Below, piece by piece: positions 61,761 through 64,000 of a DNA stretch of 64,000 nucleotides. The notes under the pieces were generated by a model that worked only from the letters and a program-made list of their open reading frames with translations, did not search any database and was not told where the DNA came from. The stretch is taken from NCBI GenBank assembly GCA_964187785.1, contig OZ076409.1, forward strand, positions 34,412,001 to 34,476,000, given 5' to 3'. Position numbers and translations under genes: made by a program. How positions within the stretch are numbered: position 1 is the stretch's first letter; each line of letters begins with the position of its first letter. The stretch comes from Amphiscolops sp. MND2022 (Eukaryota).

Positions 61761-63617
61761 GTTTCATATACTAGCACTTAGTTTTTCAGGATTCAATCAC
61801 TTAGTTAAAAAGTAGGAAACTAAATTCAGTGTTTCTTAAATTCAGTCTATATTTAAGGTCAATTGAATCTTCGTATTCATCTTTTTTCGAAGACTGTAAG
61901 ATATCTTCTCTTGTTGAATAGCCTATGTCTGATAGGTTGCATACACCGTCTGATGTTTTTATTTCTGTTCCATGTTTTTCGAACAAGTATCCATCACTAA
62001 AGAATAGATAAGAATCAAAGACATGGTCTTTATTTTCACATAAGTCAAACAATCCTTTATTGTACAGTGACTGCATAACATCTAAACTGTTTCATTTTTA
62101 CAAATTTTCAATTCCTGAAAACGGTTTTGTTCGTAGTGATTACGTTGCATCATTTGTTGTTGTTGTACTAATATGGCTGCATCCGAAATAATATCTTTTT
62201 TTTCTAATAATTAATTTTTGTAATCTTGTTTCTAACTTTTCAAAGTTTATTTCGAGTCTTTAAAGCTAGTTATTTAAAAACAACTTTGCATTGACTACTA
62301 CCTTTGTTTCACTGTTGTCAAATTTAATTTCTTCTCCGTTATCTAGGTTATTAAGACGTTTTTGAGTAATTATTTGAACATTTTTTGTGTGATTCTAATT
62401 CTTTTTCAATTTTTCCAACCTTGTCTTTTTGTAAGCTTATAACCAGTGCCTTTTTTGGCAACACTATAACCAAACTTTTTCATTGACATTATATTTTTGT
62501 ATATAATCAAATTATTGGAAAGTTTCCATAGTTTCTAACGTTTTGTTGTAAAATTTAAAGTTGAATACTTTTCCCAAAAAGTCTCGTGCATAATAGTTTC
62601 CTTCTATTCGTTGGGTGCTTTCGTCTTCTAAAGTGTAAGTTACTTCGTCCGTTGGGTTAATTTTTTTTGTTTTAAAAAGTTCTCTACTCCAATTTCTTGT
62701 ATAACCTTTACTATGCAAGACGTGTTTATCAATAACTCTGTCATACCATCCCACTTGCAATTTGGTATTATAAATATTATTAGAATGATGTACTGGTTCA
62801 ATATTTTTTGACATTTTAAAAGGTATCATACGGGTTGTACAGATTATGAAATGTTTCCAGTTTATTGTTTTCTTTCAGATCAATTTTATTATCTTGAAAA
62901 CTTTTCCAGTGTTGTTAACAAATGTCATCTAGTGTTCTACCAGCAAGAGTATAATCTTAGTTTTGTGTTGTTCCTTTCGTTTCAGACTTTCTCCAACATT
63001 TTTACTGATTATACATAAACCTGCACCCACACAATTTGTGACAGGTACAACAACAAGTCCGAATCCTTTGACACTCAGAGTTACACAAATTGATGTTACA
63101 CCCAATACCATAACAGTGTCTTTTGGTTGTATTGAACGATTTACAGGAATTATAAATTTTTTGAAAAGTTTTATGTTATGAAGTGAGTTATTGATACTGT
63201 GTATTCGTTTTAATCGTAAATTTTATTGTTGCTTGAGACCATGGTTTCGTATACTAGCAATTAGTTTTTCAGGATTCAATCACTTAGTTAAAAAGTATGA
63301 AACTAAATTCAGTGTTTCTTAAATTCAGTCTATATTTAAGGTCAATTGCTTCTTCGTATTCATCTTTTTTCGAAGATTGTAAGATATCTTCTCCTGTTGA
63401 CTACTACCTTTGTTCCACCGTTGTCAAACTTAATTTCTTCTCGGTTATCTAGTTTATTGAAACGTTTTTGAGTTATTAATTGAATATTTCTTTTGTGATG
63501 CCAGTTCTCTTTTAATTTTTCCAATTTTGTCTTTTTGTAAGCTTATAACCAGTGCCTTTTTTTGCAACACTATACCCAAACTTTTTAAATGAAATTATAT
63601 ATTTGTGTATACTCAAA

Positions 63618-64000
63618 TTAATGGAAAGTTTCCATAGTTTCCAACGTTTTGTTGTAAAATTTAAAGTTGAATACTTTTCCTAAAAAGTCTCGTGCATAAA
63701 AGTTTCCTTCTATTCGTTGGGTGTTTTCGTCTTCTAAAGTGTAAGTTACTTCGTCCGTCGGGTTAATTTTATTTGTTTTAAAAAGTTCTATACTCCAATT
63801 TCTTGTATAACCTTTACTATACAAGACGCGTTTATCAATAACTCTGTCATACCCTCCCACTTGGAATTTGGTATTATAAATATTATTAGATTGATGTACT
63901 GGTTCAATAATATTTGACATTTCAAAAGGTATCATACGGGTTGTACCATAGACACAATTCTTATACTTTTCCACAGCAGCATCAAGATGATTCAACAAAG
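63618..64000 (-). pseudogene. Polinton retroviral-like integrase, C-terminal part (duplicate at 62512-62840)
   Basis: Y.N...TT.M.P; KFQVG..RV.....KGYT.NWS.ELF......VTYTLED....IEG.FY. Confidence 0.82.

Larger units (their letters stand above)
58800..64000. mobile_element. Decayed Polinton/Maverick (endogenous adintovirus-like element), running off the window end
   Basis: Clustered remnants of protein-primed PolB, a double jelly-roll major capsid, a retroviral-type integrase C-terminus and a hydrophobic accessory ORF. Very AT-rich. Confidence 0.88.

Overview
AT-rich, repeat-dense animal (invertebrate) genomic DNA. I reconstructed two complete multi-exon host genes by hand on the minus strand. 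RRM2 (ribonucleotide reductase small subunit) has 9 exons at 26972-48920, with introns of 14 kb and 5.5 kb. SNX29 (RUN + coiled-coil + PX) has 5 exons at 22056-26346 and one GC-AG intron. Two orphan exons further left may belong to one or more additional genes. The rest is mostly mobile DNA: a near-intact two-ORF L2/Crack/Daphne-type LINE, many DINE/Helentron-like non-autonomous elements (some carrying tRNA-like Pol III boxes), hAT, Mutator and Tc1-type MITEs, an internally deleted hAT, a Ty1/copia 3' fragment with an 87-bp LTR, CRE-like restriction-endonuclease retroposons with clean TSDs, a 2.7-kb tandem array inside RRM2 intron 3, and a decayed Polinton/Maverick (pPolB, major capsid, integrase). 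The most unusual observation is a Penelope-like retroelement at about 52921-56790. Once a nested 2.08-kb CRE-like insertion is removed at its TSD, its reverse transcriptase carries a complete in-frame C4HC3 PHD finger between RT motif B' and the catalytic YVDD, followed by a GIY-YIG endonuclease and a decayed hammerhead ribozyme. All identifications come from motif recognition only; no database search was run.
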